NCBI GenBank assembly: GCA_964106915.2
Contig: OZ066920.1
Source: Podarcis gaigeae
Taxonomy: Eukaryota
DNA: 64,000 bases
Reading direction: 5' to 3' (one strand)
Part shown: positions 36,306 to 49,166 of the stretch, piece after piece
Position numbering within the stretch: position 1 is the first letter of the stretch
How the letters are laid out: every line of letters begins with the position of its first letter
Translations under genes and position numbers: made by a program
Notes under the pieces: model-generated
Database searches by the model: none
What the model was told of the DNA's origin: nothing
The model's input: only the letters and a program-made list of their open reading frames with translations

Positions 36306-37028
36306 TGTCACCAGAACGGAGTTCTAATGCTGTATCTGAGGTGGGGGAGCCTATACCCGATGGACTTAGAAGAAAACTGTGTGCTGTAATTGACCACTCT
36401 CATTCCTAACACTAAACCATCCTGTGATCCTCAGATGAAGGGCAGTTCCATTTGCCCTTCCCCGACAGGCAGCTTTGTAAGCAGGCCCATAGCTGCTCTT
36501 GCGTATTTTAGGCCAGTTCATTCCCCGCTGCCAAATTGACCAATGGTGTCAGGGCCTTATGGGCGTTCCCCTGGGTGCGGGTCAACTGCCCAATGAGCGG
36601 CAAGCTGGTGACGGCTCGATTGGTGGATAGGCATTGGGTAAACTGAGAACTTGAGTGGAGGGGAGGTTGTAGCCTTCGCATTCCCCTCCATGGGTAAGGG
36701 TATCCTGTTGAAAGGATCCACGAGGAGTGGCTCCTGTCCCAGATAGGGGCCAGGGCCATTCCACCTCTCTGATAGGAACCACTTGGGGGATGCCCCAATT
36801 TGACATAGGTCATAGGGCATTCCCCGTCAGATGGGTTCACCCTTAGAAACACTGCCAGTAGACGGGCTGGAATGAAATATGCAGTGGCTTATCCTATGGC
36901 CTATGGCCAAAGCCTACATATCTTTAACCAACAAAGTTGTGGCCTTATTTGATCCCATAAACCCAGCGTACTGTGTACTGTCTAGTTATGTAATCCTCAA
37001 GGAACGGGATGGTCATGGGACCTTGACA
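36306..37028 (+). mobile_element. Probable solo LTR (Gypsy-like)
   Basis: TGTCA...TGACA termini, locally GC-rich with CpGs, and CCAACAAAGTTGTGGCC resembling an AATAAAGTTGTGGCC polyA region ~90 nt before the end. No TSD visible. Confidence 0.45.
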
Positions 37029-38221
37029 TGCAATATTGTATAACCAAAAATATGGATACTCTCTGGAAAAGCCCAGAATGCATTAATGTGACAGTATGGG
37101 GCTGTCCTGATTCCGATGAAATATTAGAACTTTACAATCAGCTTTAACCTGGGCCAGAGTTGAAAGCAGGACTCATCCCTCACCCCAGATGCTGAGCTAA
37201 GTACTAGAACCTCCAGGAGGGTAGTCTATTTGTAGCCCTTTTCACATGGAAGGCTGAGCCTGTTCCATCTACACTATTTGGAACCATTTCAAGTGGGTTT
37301 ATTTTAAAATTTGATTTAATTTTGCAGAGTTGTTCATGTTTTATTGCAGTGCATAGCAAATGTAAGTGGAAGAGAAATGTAATTTTCATATGGGACTGAA
37401 GATAACACTCCAATCTGTCTAGAGTACTATATTTCATCAATACAGAAGGTGCATTAATTGCAAGTTTTATGAACTTGTGCTAATGCAAGCTAGGGAGTTT
37501 TTGTTTTCTAAAAACATGGAGGGCACTATAAAATTCCATTGATTTCTAAAGGAAGGCTACACTTGCCCTTAAATATTTTCTATTGAAATCACTAGGACTT
37601 TAAAGGTGCTTAGCTTTTGGATGATTATTTAAAAAAAAAACACCTTGTGGGAGAAAAAAACTTCACTGATGGAGTCTCAGGATGGAATGTGGGGTGATAC
37701 AACTTACATTTAAATGAGACTCCATTAAGTGCTGCGGCTCTTCTACATTCCATCTTGATCAGATGCAGACTCCTTGGCTCCTAGAGAACTTGAACGCTTA
37801 CCCACTATTGTGTTATATCTTGGTTGACCTAATAAAGGTATTGCCTTGATTTGGATTTTGAAAAAAAATGACTTACTGTTTCTCCCCTTCTTCTTTCCCA
37901 CTCCCACTTTCCCCATTTCTACTAATTCACGTGCCAAGGTTTGTAAGAACCTCCCACTCTCTTGCCAGGAAGAAACATTTTTCAGTATTATAGATCAATT
38001 TCAACATCATAACAACTTACAGAGACTGCTCTGTGATTATTTATATAATTGCTTTTTTACTTTCTCTGGAGGTCAACCTGGGGGTCTGTTATATAGACAT
38101 TTACAATTTATGGAGGCTCCTATTCTGAGCAATTAAATGCAGCAACAAAATTACATGTGGCTTTTATCGAACCTATCTTATGATTTAATATTCCTTCATG
38201 TGGTGTGTTAACTTACACTAA

Positions 38222-38222
38222 A

Positions 38223-38262
<40 letters not shown>

Positions 38263-38264
38263 AA
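38222..38264. repeat. (AAAG)n microsatellite
   Basis: Direct reading, about 10 units. Confidence 0.95.
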
Positions 38265-40041
38265 AAACACCACAAAAGTTTAACATCAGCCTTTGAACAC
38301 CACCACCAAGCCCTTTCACAAACACTTTAATCCTAAATATTTTGGTGGTAGTGCAATGAAAATGATACATGTGCTTGCAAGAAATTGGACATATCACACA
38401 CATCATAAATCAGGTCAAAAAGTCTGACCAGTTATAATCAAGAACAGTATGCAGTGCAGCACGGTACTGAGCAAAACGTTTTGGTGGAGTAGCTCTACTG
38501 CCATGCAAAGTTGTTCCATAGTTGTCTTGATCTTCACAAGTATTACATGGTGTCACATTGGAAACAATAGAACACAGTTCCACAAAAAAAGCTTAAATTG
38601 AAAGAATCACACAAGTATTAATATGGGTCTGAAGGGGATTTCAGACACTCCTCTCCTCCCAATGTCCTGGACGGTGTCAGGTTAGCCACCCTTGGTATGA
38701 GAGTTAGATATGAACAGGGTAAGGATATGTGGATGAGGTCATTTCCTTACCACTCAGTATTCCTCAGTACTTTCACTATTTGTATCACATTTAAACAATT
38801 AACGTGTTTAGCTAGCAAACATTAGTCCTAGGGGTATCAATATTCTGCATTTGCATTTTAATCATGTTCCCCCCCTTCCTCTGGGGAGAAATATAGAAAG
38901 GTGTTGACCTCTGCATTAGTACATCATTTACCCATGGAGAAGACCACAACCTACGCTTTTCTCTGGGTTTTGATCTGAGGCTCAAGTAAAGCTCTTGGTT
39001 TGCTAATTGAAAAAAAATGAAATTAGCGCATGGTTTTGTTATCAGAAACTAAAAAGCATTGTTGATGAAAGGAGCTTTTTTGTCTCCCACAAGGAGCTTA
39101 GCAGAAATCGCATTACAACCAAGAATAAATGAATGCCTCTTATTTTCTGTTGAGATTTTGGGCAGGATTTCAGTGAAATGTGCTGAGTGTAAGAATGGCA
39201 AAGATCATTTCGTTTTGTGATATAGATATTGGGTTCTGACTTCGGAGCTGGTTGAAACCAGCCACCTTTATCAAAGTGACACATAGCTGTAGAGAAATTG
39301 CCTTGTACTTCACATCTTTCAATAAACGTGAAGGAGGAGTAAATAGCAAGGCAGGAAGGAAGTTGTTATGGGGCGCAGCTGCAATAGCATCTGTCTGGAA
39401 GTGGGGAAAAGAAGAAATGACCAGATTTTGGAAAGATGTGTGCACTTCATTATTCAAAATATATGAAATGGCTGAAAATCAAATTTGTTGGTACAGTACT
39501 TGTGTCTCTTATATACAGTGAGCACAGCATGACAGCTTCCCCTCCACACACGAAAGGTCAATGTGCATTGATTTTATTTTTACAGGTTTTGCCTTTAAGG
39601 TGGTGGCTGGGACTTAATAAAGAGGTTCTGAAGCTGGTTGAGAGAAGACAACAGGGATTGTTCTGTGCCTGTCCCTAAGATGTCGGGATGCCACATAGGT
39701 GAGGAATGATAGGGCATTGGAGGCAGGTTGGATTATGGATGTAGGCAGCTACTGTCTTCTCCACTCACATCTTGATTATACATGCCAGGTTAGCTTCCAC
39801 AGCCTCAGTTAAATCATCAGTAAGAGATATGTTATTCTGCATTAACCTGGAATTCAAAAGCGGCACCCAGAGACTGGTAGGGCAGCCACTAAACCCGAGT
39901 GGGAGAAACTTTGAAACATGGCATATAGACATTAACCATCTGAGCCAGGGTCCCTTTCCTGGACTACTTTCTATCAATACTCCCCTATTCACGACCACAC
40001 TAATTCAGACCCACCAGCTTCCCCCATTTGATCCCATATAC

Positions 40042-40167
40042 CAGGCCTTCGGCTCTCCAGATGTTTTGGACTACAATTCCCATCATCCCTGACCACTGGT
40101 CCTGTTAGCTAGGGACCATGGGAGTTGTAGGCAAAACATCTGGAGGGCTGCAGGTTGGGGATGCCTG
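40042..40167. mobile_element. hAT palindromic MITE
   Basis: CAGGC...GCCTG ends. Perfect 8-bp TSD CCATATAC at 40034-40041 and 40168-40175. Same family as 59654-59789. Confidence 0.9.
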
Positions 40168-41180
40168 CCATATACTCAATCAGAGCAGGGCATAACCTAC
40201 CAAAGCCTGTCTCCAGATATTCCATGCCCCCTCCAATAAAACACAAATCCAGGCAAACCTCAAAACATCCAATCCCAGCAAAAATGTTGGAAGGGTGGCC
40301 TTTGAGTCAGCTTCCTGAAGTGGCTCCCGTTTGGTGCTGCCACTTTGGAGGCAGTACCTTCTGGACTGGGTCCAGCAGATCAGGATCCACCCCCTGGAAA
40401 TAGGGTCCAGCCATTCCCAGTTGTTAGTTGGTCTGGAGGCAGGCTCTGGCTAATAACGTCAACATCTAAGTTCTGGACATGATGGAAAAGTTTGTCCCGT
40501 TGTAATCATTCAGTTTTCTTTGTTTAGAAACAAGTCTCACGTGTTATCATATCAGTTGCCTGATCTTGGCAAGTAGATCTAAGCAATCATTGCCACATCA
40601 GCAGAACTGCTTCAGTAATGGGAAAAAATCTCCCCAATCTCTTACAGTCTGTTTGCTTGAGCTGCTGTAGCATGTCAGCGGCTGTTTTCTGCCTGCTTCT
40701 TGATAACACTTTTTTTCCAGGGTGTAAGGCTTTATGTTAGAGGTGCTTGTCAGGGAGCTCTATCGCAGTACAGTACATATATTTTGGGATGGGAGTACTG
40801 TGAAATGTTCTAGTTGTAATCATAGGACTGTTTCTGTGCTTTGTGTTTTACCTGTTCTTTGGAAAGATTGCACTTAGTGCAATCTTAGTGATCATGTTAT
40901 ATATCGCTCATTAGCCCCAGCCAGCATTGCTAACGGTCATGGATGATGGGAATTCTAGTCCAATATCTGTAGGGCCACAGGTTCTCCACTCTTGCTCTAA
41001 AGAGTTGCCATGGTGCATGCATTAGAAAGAAAAGGTCTGCCACGTGTTCTCACAAGCACATCTCTCCCCCTCCCCCTTACCCATTACCATTGCCATATTC
41101 ATTTACTATCTTGCTCCAGCTTTAGTTGCACACATGTGTGCTGCCTAGTTAAAGCCCCTCTCTTTATCCCTCTCTGCCAG

Positions 41181-41418
41181 AGTCGGTGCTTGTGCTGTTA
41201 GAATAGCCGTCGAGATTGGCAACAAGAGGCTGTTCCAGGTGCTGCATCATTAACGCAACACCTGTATATGCAGCATGTGGAAGGAAGGGAGAAAGATAAC
41301 TGGGTAATTCATTTCCTAAGATGATGCTTGCAAGCATAATATAGTGGCATCCAGAGAGCCATCTTGAAAGAGGCAGTATTTGCTGCTGGTGAAGAATTTT
41401 AGAAACGCTGAAGTACAT
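41181..41418 (+). other. Probable internal non-coding (5' UTR) exon or alternative first exon
   Basis: Acceptor CTCTTTATCCCTCTCTGCCAG| and donor CAT|GTAAGT. All three frames are closed early. Lies in TE-free sequence. Confidence 0.5.
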
Positions 41419-44049
41419 GTAAGTTTAAATATATATATATTTAAAAAAAATATGAATCTGATACCCTTCACTTTCTGCCATCTCAGGTGGGCTTGTTTCA
41501 CTTTATTGAAGGGAAAGACCTTTCACTGAAAAATTACACCATTTTAGCATTAGCTGGCAGACTTAGTTTTCATCCGAGCCATATGCAGTGACAATCAGCT
41601 TATTACATTGATGTTCGCTGAAACAAATCCAAGAGTCAAGAGAATTTACTATCCATTTACTATCACTTACTTTGTGCTAAGTATTAGAAATCTATCCACC
41701 AGTTATTCACAGACTACTCTGCAATCAGTGTATCTATTCACTTTGAAAATAATAATTATTCTTGCAGATAGTGCAGCCCCAGCAGCAGGCTTTTAAAGCA
41801 TCCCTTTTAAAGTGTTGGGTTTTTTTTTCTTGTTTTGTCATTAAAATTGGTCTATAAATTTTAGACAGACTTCAGCTGAATGAAAGTCTATCACATGCCA
41901 GACACACATTGATTTCCCCCATTAGATCAATGCTTTCCAAGGCACCATATTATTTATTCATAAGACAGAAAAGATGCCTGAGAGGCTTTTACAGAGGTGT
42001 AAATCTGTAATCCAGATAACATTGTAGAAGGTTTATTCCAGAACCCCAAGAAATATGTGCAGGCAAACCTCCCTACCTGCTTCACTCTAAACATACACTC
42101 CCTTCTGCAATCATTCATTCATTTGGAGAAAGAATCAGCTTTTATTAAAGCTTGAATTGTAACATTTTTAGCTCATTTTTCTTATTGGTATTCAGGTGAA
42201 GCAAGAGTTTTCCATCCCCGTCTCAGTTTCTGAGACAGCTTCTCTTTTATTTCTAATAGGATAATCGTGTTCATGACCCCCTTAAGGGGGAAACTTGTTT
42301 TCCGCAAATCAAATTTTTAAACTTTCTCCGTCGTCGTTCAGTCAGCCTAAACACATTTTCAGTATGCATGCTGTGTACTTCCCTTGACCATAAGAATATT
42401 TCAATTCACGCTAATGTCTGTACATATATCCACACTATTAGTACAGTGTCTACTGACTGTACACCATGTAAGCAGAAGTGTTTTTGAGGACTTGGTCATT
42501 CTGCAAGATGCATCAAGGTATACGGAATATATTGTTACCCATCTTGAGTAGTTTCTTCAGAGTGCTATCATGGTGCCTGTTTGTACGACATACCCACATA
42601 TAGGTTTGCATGATTGTTACCCATCCATGTGCAATTAGGTAGATGTACTAGAATCTGTGCTATGATTAGTACATGTCTGAGGTCTTCTTTGAATGTTATC
42701 GCAGCGGCATGGGAGTTAGCAGAGTCCAGATACGCTGCTCCAGACATACCTTCACAGTCTCCATTGATGCTGGTTGATCTGTATAGCTAAGCCCTTGATA
42801 AAAATCAGGACCTTAACAGTCAGTGAAACATGTTTCCGCTCACAAAATGTACTTTTAGCTTGTCATGTGTTATGCGGTGGAAGCAGCAGTTTGGTAGAAA
42901 ATCAGCGGTAAAATAAAAAATTAGTAATAGCAAAAGGAGTTTATTTAGAGATCATTTAATTTATAGCCAGTTACAGCATTAAGTGTATTTGCTTGCTGAG
43001 AATTAAGTATAATTCTTATTAACATGTGTATTTTCTGAACTGCTAAGCTGTACTTATCTGCGGCACTCATTTATTCGTTTAATACTCTATGCTCTACTAA
43101 TTGATGGAAACTGATGATTTCTGCATCCTTCCTCAAACATATTCTCACTGATCACCCTGTGACTGCTATAAAGTATACAAATGCAGCTCTTTCAGCAGCA
43201 ATTTTTCCTTACAAATAGAATCTTTCATGTGGAGAATGTGGAAATCTCTTTCCATTAGCACTTGAGAAATTGCCTTAATCCAAGTTTAGTTCAGACATTT
43301 GCCTACTTAAAACTTATATTCTAACCATTATCTCCTCTCTTCCTGATTACAGTAATTTTCTCTGCTCTATCCCCACTTAGAAATTTGAATACTGCTTTCT
43401 TGACTGTAGCAAGATAGTGACAGCCTTATTTCCTCTATAGTACTTGGTAACAAGAACACATCTTGCGCTGACATCTCCACTGCCCCCACTGATAAGTACA
43501 TTTGCAATTGCAAAAGAAGGGGCTGCCTCCATCCTATGAATAAATCAGATTGCTTGGCAGCAGACCCACACATCATAGTTTACCTGTGTTGTCTCTACCC
43601 CAGACACACATTAGTTATGATTATCTTATTATATTACTAATTACTGAACTGAGCCTGGGTAAGCTGAGAGGATAATGTATAGGGCTTGATTTTTGCAACT
43701 GGGAACCATTCCACATCCCCCCTCCCCACAGTATGGTAGGAGGTGCTACTTAGACCCTTCTGCCTTTTCGTCTGCTTCCCAATATGCTTTCTTGCACATG
43801 GGTGCAAAGATAGGGCATATCATTTTGCCCTGGGGGTGGGAAATTAGAATTTGACCCTGTATCTCTCAAAGAGAAATGCTAGGGGTGGGAGTTAGGAACA
43901 AGGTGTAAATAGCATTGTTCTGAACTTCCATTTTAACTTATTAGCTTCCCATGGCTACATCTTCCTGAACGCATGATCGCTGGAACTGGGGTGGCATCAA
44001 CCATGTCCCTCCTTCCTCAAAACTCTTATAAAACACAGTATGCAAACTA

Positions 44050-44281
44050 TAGTGGTACCTTGGTTGTTGAACTTCCGGCATTGTTCGACTTCCGGCATGG
44101 TTCGAAAACCAAGGCACGGCTTCCAATTGTCTTCAGGAACTTCCTGCACTCAATTGGAAGCTGCTTTGGATGTTTGGCTTCCAAAAAACATTCGCAAACT
44201 GGGACACTCACTTCTGGGTTTGCGGCGTTTGGGAGCCAAAACGTCCGAGTACCAAGGCATTCGACAACCAAGGTACAATTG
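44050..44281. mobile_element. Tc1/mariner (Tigger-like) MITE, family B
   Basis: AGTGGTACCTTGGTTGT / ACAACCAAGGTACAATTG TIRs and TA TSDs. Homologous to 46618-46840. Confidence 0.85.
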
Positions 44282-45059
44282 TACATTGAATGGTCACAGG
44301 ACAATCTGAAAGTTTGCTTCCTCCATGTGGCATGCATCAAATGGCACATTTTATTTGTCTTGCATTGCCACGCAGAAATCTTATATATGGCTTTGGATAT
44401 ACATGGAAGAATGTTAGGCTTCAGGGCAGGATACAGAGAAGAAGAAACAAAACTCGTATTCTAGCATGGTTGATAACGACTTTATCTATATTAGTCTTTT
44501 CTATTTCAAGCTTAATTTATTGTAAATACATGCTTGAAGAGTTATTAAAGAATAATTAGTTCATGAAAATGAACTACCGAGATAACAGTGCCCTGGGATT
44601 TGAAATTAAACACAGAAAGATGACTTCATGCATTTCATTAAATAGATCTCTTCCTTTGGACAATACAGAGAAGAGGAGGAGAAGAGGATTATTAAGATAT
44701 CTTATGGATGTAAATGTTTCATGTGTGCATGCATAAAATGAGTGAAAACTTGTGTTATGCAGTAGGATTTTAGCGCAGCGTGCTTGTTGCTTAGTTACTC
44801 CTGACAGAATGCATGGGTGATGACATTAGCATCACATTATAGATTTGAATGAGCAGGGATCCCCAGCTCTTCAAATTATCCAGCATTTCGATAACAATAT
44901 TAGACTTCAGACTTGAAGATGCCACATCTCCTTAAGTAAGTGGTAACCAGTAGAAAATAGAATTAATATTCTAAAAGATTGGTGCAGAATATTTTCATAT
45001 ATTGGAGGGTAGTTAAGGGCTTTACAGTGCTGGATCAAACATTCCACAAGGGGAGTAAT

Positions 45060-45410
45060 GCAATCCGTGTTGATCTATTTGTGCATCCTAGCCCCCTACC
45101 GTACTAAATTTGCTCTTAAAACAGCTGAATTTAAGGATCACAAGGCAATTTGCAATATAAAAACACAAATATACATACCATAACAACAAACAAAAGAACA
45201 ACCCCCCTGCAACTAAGGATACGTAATGAAGGCATTAGGTGGGCCTCCCTGGGGAAAACATTCCACAAATGGGGAGCCACAACAGAAAAGGCCTCTTGTC
45301 ATGTTGCAACCCTCTGGAGCTCTTGTGGATGGGGGGGGGGCGGACAAAGAAGGGTATCAGATGATGTTTGCAGAGCTTGGAGCAGTTTATATGGAGAGAG
45401 ATGAGTTAAC
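45060..45410 (-). mobile_element. Old L2 3' fragment
   Basis: GCCTCCCTGGGGAAAACATTCCACAAATGGGGAGCCACAACAGAAAAGGCC is the antisense of the L2 AFSVVAP.LWN.LP region. Confidence 0.7.
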
Positions 45411-46078
45411 AATGGCAGCAACTGCAGTGGATTGGATCCAGACATAGTCATGTTTAGAACAGACTAAGCATGACTAAGGATCCAAGCCAATGCTGTAAGC
45501 TGCCTGTTTGGTTCAAAAAGCAGAATGGTGTGTGATACCTTGTTTGTAAATACTATTAATTGATATAATCAAAGGGGTTTTAAATTTTTAAATCATAGCC
45601 TATCCATTACCCTGGATATTTTAAACACTGTCTAAACTGTATTACTCTTGTTGACATTTGTTAAAAAATATTATTTAAAAAATGTAAACTGAAGCATAAT
45701 AACTCTTCAAGAATTTACTTATTTATGTTTGTCCAGTGTCATTGCAATGGTAACAGCACACTTTCAACCCTTATTTAAAACCATATAGGCATGATTACTT
45801 TCCACCACTGTTAGCTAGGCTGAAAACGTCTTCCTTATTTCTGTCTAATGGAATTTATCTGCACAGCTTTACATTTGATTGTTCGGAGAGCAGCCTTTGG
45901 AAAGTGCTATTCCAATGCTGTCACTACATGCATTTGTGAGTGTAAGTCTTTGATTATGGCTTAGAATTCCTGATGTGCCAACAATATCTGAAAGATATAT
46001 AAATGACTACATATGTGGATACTACCTGTAGTAGAACAATTGACTGTTTATCTGTTGTAATGTAGTTATTTTCCAAGC

Positions 46079-46444
46079 GGGACGCGGGTGGTGCTGTGGT
46101 TTAAACCACTGTGCCACTTGGACTTGCAGTCGGAAGGTTGGCGGTTAGAGGCCCCATGACGGGGTGATCTCCCTTTATTCGGTCCCAGCTCCTGCCAACC
46201 TAGCAGTTCGAAAGCAGATCAGAGTGCAGGTAGATAAGTAGGTTCTGCTCTGGCGGGAAAGTAAACGGCGTTTCCGTGCGCTGCTCTGGCTTCACCGGAA
46301 GCGGCTTAGTCGTGCTGGCCACATGACCCGGAAAAACTCTCTGTGGACAAACGCTGGCTCCCTTGGCCTGTAAAGTGAGATGAGCACTGCAACCCCAGAG
46401 TCGTTCGTGACTGGACTTAACTGTCAGGGTCCCTTTACCTTTAC
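46079..46444 (+). mobile_element. Sauria SINE
   Basis: GGGACGCGGGTGG head and CCTTTACCTTTAC tail. TSD TAGTTATTTTC at 46063-46073 and 46445-46455. Confidence 0.93.
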
Positions 46445-46617
46445 TAGTTATTTTCTACTTCAGCATATGTGGGTAGTATGGTACAGTAACAGTTATGACT
46501 TCATTTTAATTACATTGTTCATCTTATTACTATAAACTGTTCTTTGCAATGCAGTGGAAATGTCCACACATGTACTTTCTTTTCTTTTCTTCTTTTGAAA
46601 ATGGGAAATTGCAAATA

Positions 46618-46840
46618 CAGTCGTACCTTGGAAGTCGAATGGAGTCTGTTCTGGAAGCCTGTTTGAAACAAAGCGTGACTTCTGATTGGCTGCATGAAGC
46701 TCCTGCAACCAATCGGAAGCCCCGTCGGATGTTTGGCTTCCAAAAATAGTTCGCAAACCGGAACACTCACTTCTGGGTTTGCAGCGTTTGGGAGCCAAAA
46801 CGTTTGAGAACTAAGCTGTTCGAAAACCAAGCTATGACTG
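46618..46840. mobile_element. Tc1/mariner (Tigger-like) MITE, family B
   Basis: CAGTCGTACCTTGG / CCAAGCTATGACTG with TA TSDs. Confidence 0.85.
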
Positions 46841-48411
46841 TACTGTACAAGTTTTGGCTCTCTTGGATTTCAGTACATTTACAGTCCCACTGAACTACAT
46901 TCCAAAGGGACATCCTGTAGATTTCACGCCTTAAAAAAGAGAGCTTGCTCAGTTTACCTTTTCATTGTAGGCGGGTGCTGGAATGATTCTTTTCCAGCTG
47001 ACCCTGGCATCAGGAAAAGAAATCTCTGAAAATACAACACAAACCCATGCAAAATAAAGAGAAGGAAATGAAAGCATACCCCATTCTGTTCCTCCAAATA
47101 TAATTAGAAGTATATAAGCTAATTAAATTTCCACCTTAATCCTATATATCACCCTTAATGTGATGATATATCCATTTCTTAAAGGCATTCTATTTTTCAT
47201 GGCCCATTTCTGTGTCTCTGTGGACTACTGTTAGTATGAATTCTAGTAGGACCTGGAGAATTAGTTAGCTTTGTGGCAGCTGGCACAATAGGATTTTTGA
47301 TCAAATAATGAAATGCAGTTGATGGGTGGTCTCCTGTTTTTAAAGCATTTGTGATTCAATGCAACTCTTCCTTATTTACCTAAGAAAATGCACATAAATC
47401 ACACAAAGATGAAAATGCTTAATGGAAGTGCAATGAAAATGAAGTGTAAGCCCAGAAAATTGCCATAGAAATAAAGAAAAAGCACTTCAAAATTATTGCA
47501 TTCATATTCCTAATTTGCTACACTTTGCAGAAAATGACCTCTGATTTCTAGATATGTTAATGATTGATTGTTGCAGATGCTGTCTATATTTTTGTACATT
47601 GTAGCTGCTGGGGTTTTTTTTTTAAAAAAAATCATTATTAACTCTCTTCCGTTGTCACTAGCAACTGGAATTCCATTCCTGTTATATAATAATCTCTGTG
47701 CCCGCAACTGTACCTTGACAGTGGTGCTAAAACAAGATTAGATTAGAAATTAACTTGAAACACTCCTGCGGTCATAATTGTTTATAATTCTGAAGAATAA
47801 CATTTCACTGTTTGAAATCCAATTGTGTAAGATGGTAATGATTTTCTGCATATGCAGCATCTTACTGACAGCTTCATTTTTGAAGCTTGGTTGCTTATTT
47901 TCTCAATATTTTCTAGTGTGGAAGTGGTGTGAGCAAGTAATTGTTGTGTACTTAGTAAATTCTTATTTTTATCTTTTAAGACACATTCTTATTCCTAACA
48001 CCATTACAGAATAAGAAAGGAAGGTAGCAAGGATGTTAATTATATTCAGCATAAAGCTATTAGATACTTCTGGTATTGACTATCTCTGGTTAGTATGTAC
48101 CATTATGTCAAAGAGTCTTTCAGTGCCCATTAGTGAAAGCCAAGACAGCAATTCCCATTTTTTTGAAACAGTGGGAAGATTTCAGTGGCATATTCCTCTG
48201 ACTGTTCCATTAGCTGAAGCATTCCCCTTGCTAAATGGAACAGTCCCACTCCCTTTGCTCCCCCCTGTGTACAGTTTCAAGGTTTCTTCTGACTCTCTGG
48301 AACAGGTTTGGGGGAGGTATGTGGAGAGGAGACGGGAGAGAACCCTGTTGTACCAATAGGATCCCTTGAGATGGCTTCTGCAAACACCAGGTTAGTTGAA
48401 TCTGAGTCACT

Positions 48412-48530
48412 GGGTGGTATTCTACAAAGTTTTATTGAGAGCAGACCCACTGAAATTAATGAACATGATTACGTTAGATCCATTAATTTCAGTGGGTCTA
48501 TTGTGAGTAAAACATTGTTGGCTACCACCC
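48412..48530. mobile_element. Palindromic ~120-bp MITE
   Basis: GGGTGGTA...TACCACCC ends and perfect inner arms AGACCCACTGAAATTAATG / CATTAATTTCAGTGGGTCT. Confidence 0.8.
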
Positions 48531-49027
48531 AATATACTGGATTCAGTTTCTCCTAAGCTTATCCAGGGTGTCTTCTTTAATAAGAAAATCAGTAATGGCA
48601 GGAAAGGTCCTTTGCTGTATAATGCTCAGCCTCAAATGTGTGTTATTTAGAGATCCGCAAATATCAGCTTAGCATACTAGCCACTCTCTTGTCCCATGTC
48701 TTCTAATGCGCAGTGGACTCTGGCTGGTGGCAATAGTCCAGGGAAGTGGTTGGATGACAAGGGACCCAAAGGTGTGCTAAAGGAGGAAAAGAGATTACAG
48801 AGAAGCTGGAGAAATTCCTTGCATCTGTCTTCTCAGCAGATGATATAAGGCAGATCCTAGTGCCTGAACTAACTTTGGCAGGAAAGGAGTCTGGGGAACT
48901 GAGACAGATAATGGTGACAATATTTTCACTATTTCTTACTCAAATGTGCTGTGTAAGTGAGGGAGAACATGAATATTTCCCCTTGGCATGCTAAAAATTG
49001 AAATTGTAGGTGCCTCATGATCAAATG

Positions 49028-49166
49028 CAGGGACAGAAAACTTGCGGCCCTCCAGATTTTGCTGGACTCCCAGTTCTCACCAGCTCCATCCAATGTGAAT
49101 AATGGTCAGGGATGATGGGAGTTGTAGCCCAACAACATCTGGAGGGCCATACGTTCTACATCCCTG
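49028..49166. mobile_element. hAT palindromic MITE (degenerate)
   Basis: CAGGGA...TCCCTG ends and GGCCCTCCAGAT / ATCTGGAGGGCC arms. Confidence 0.75.

Noticed and set aside
18900-41418. Naming the host gene
   Set aside because: Only non-coding exon candidates are present and there is no peptide to recognise, so no symbol is given.
43973-44464. Longest ORF (163 aa)
   Set aside because: Runs through a Tigger-like MITE and has no recognisable domain.
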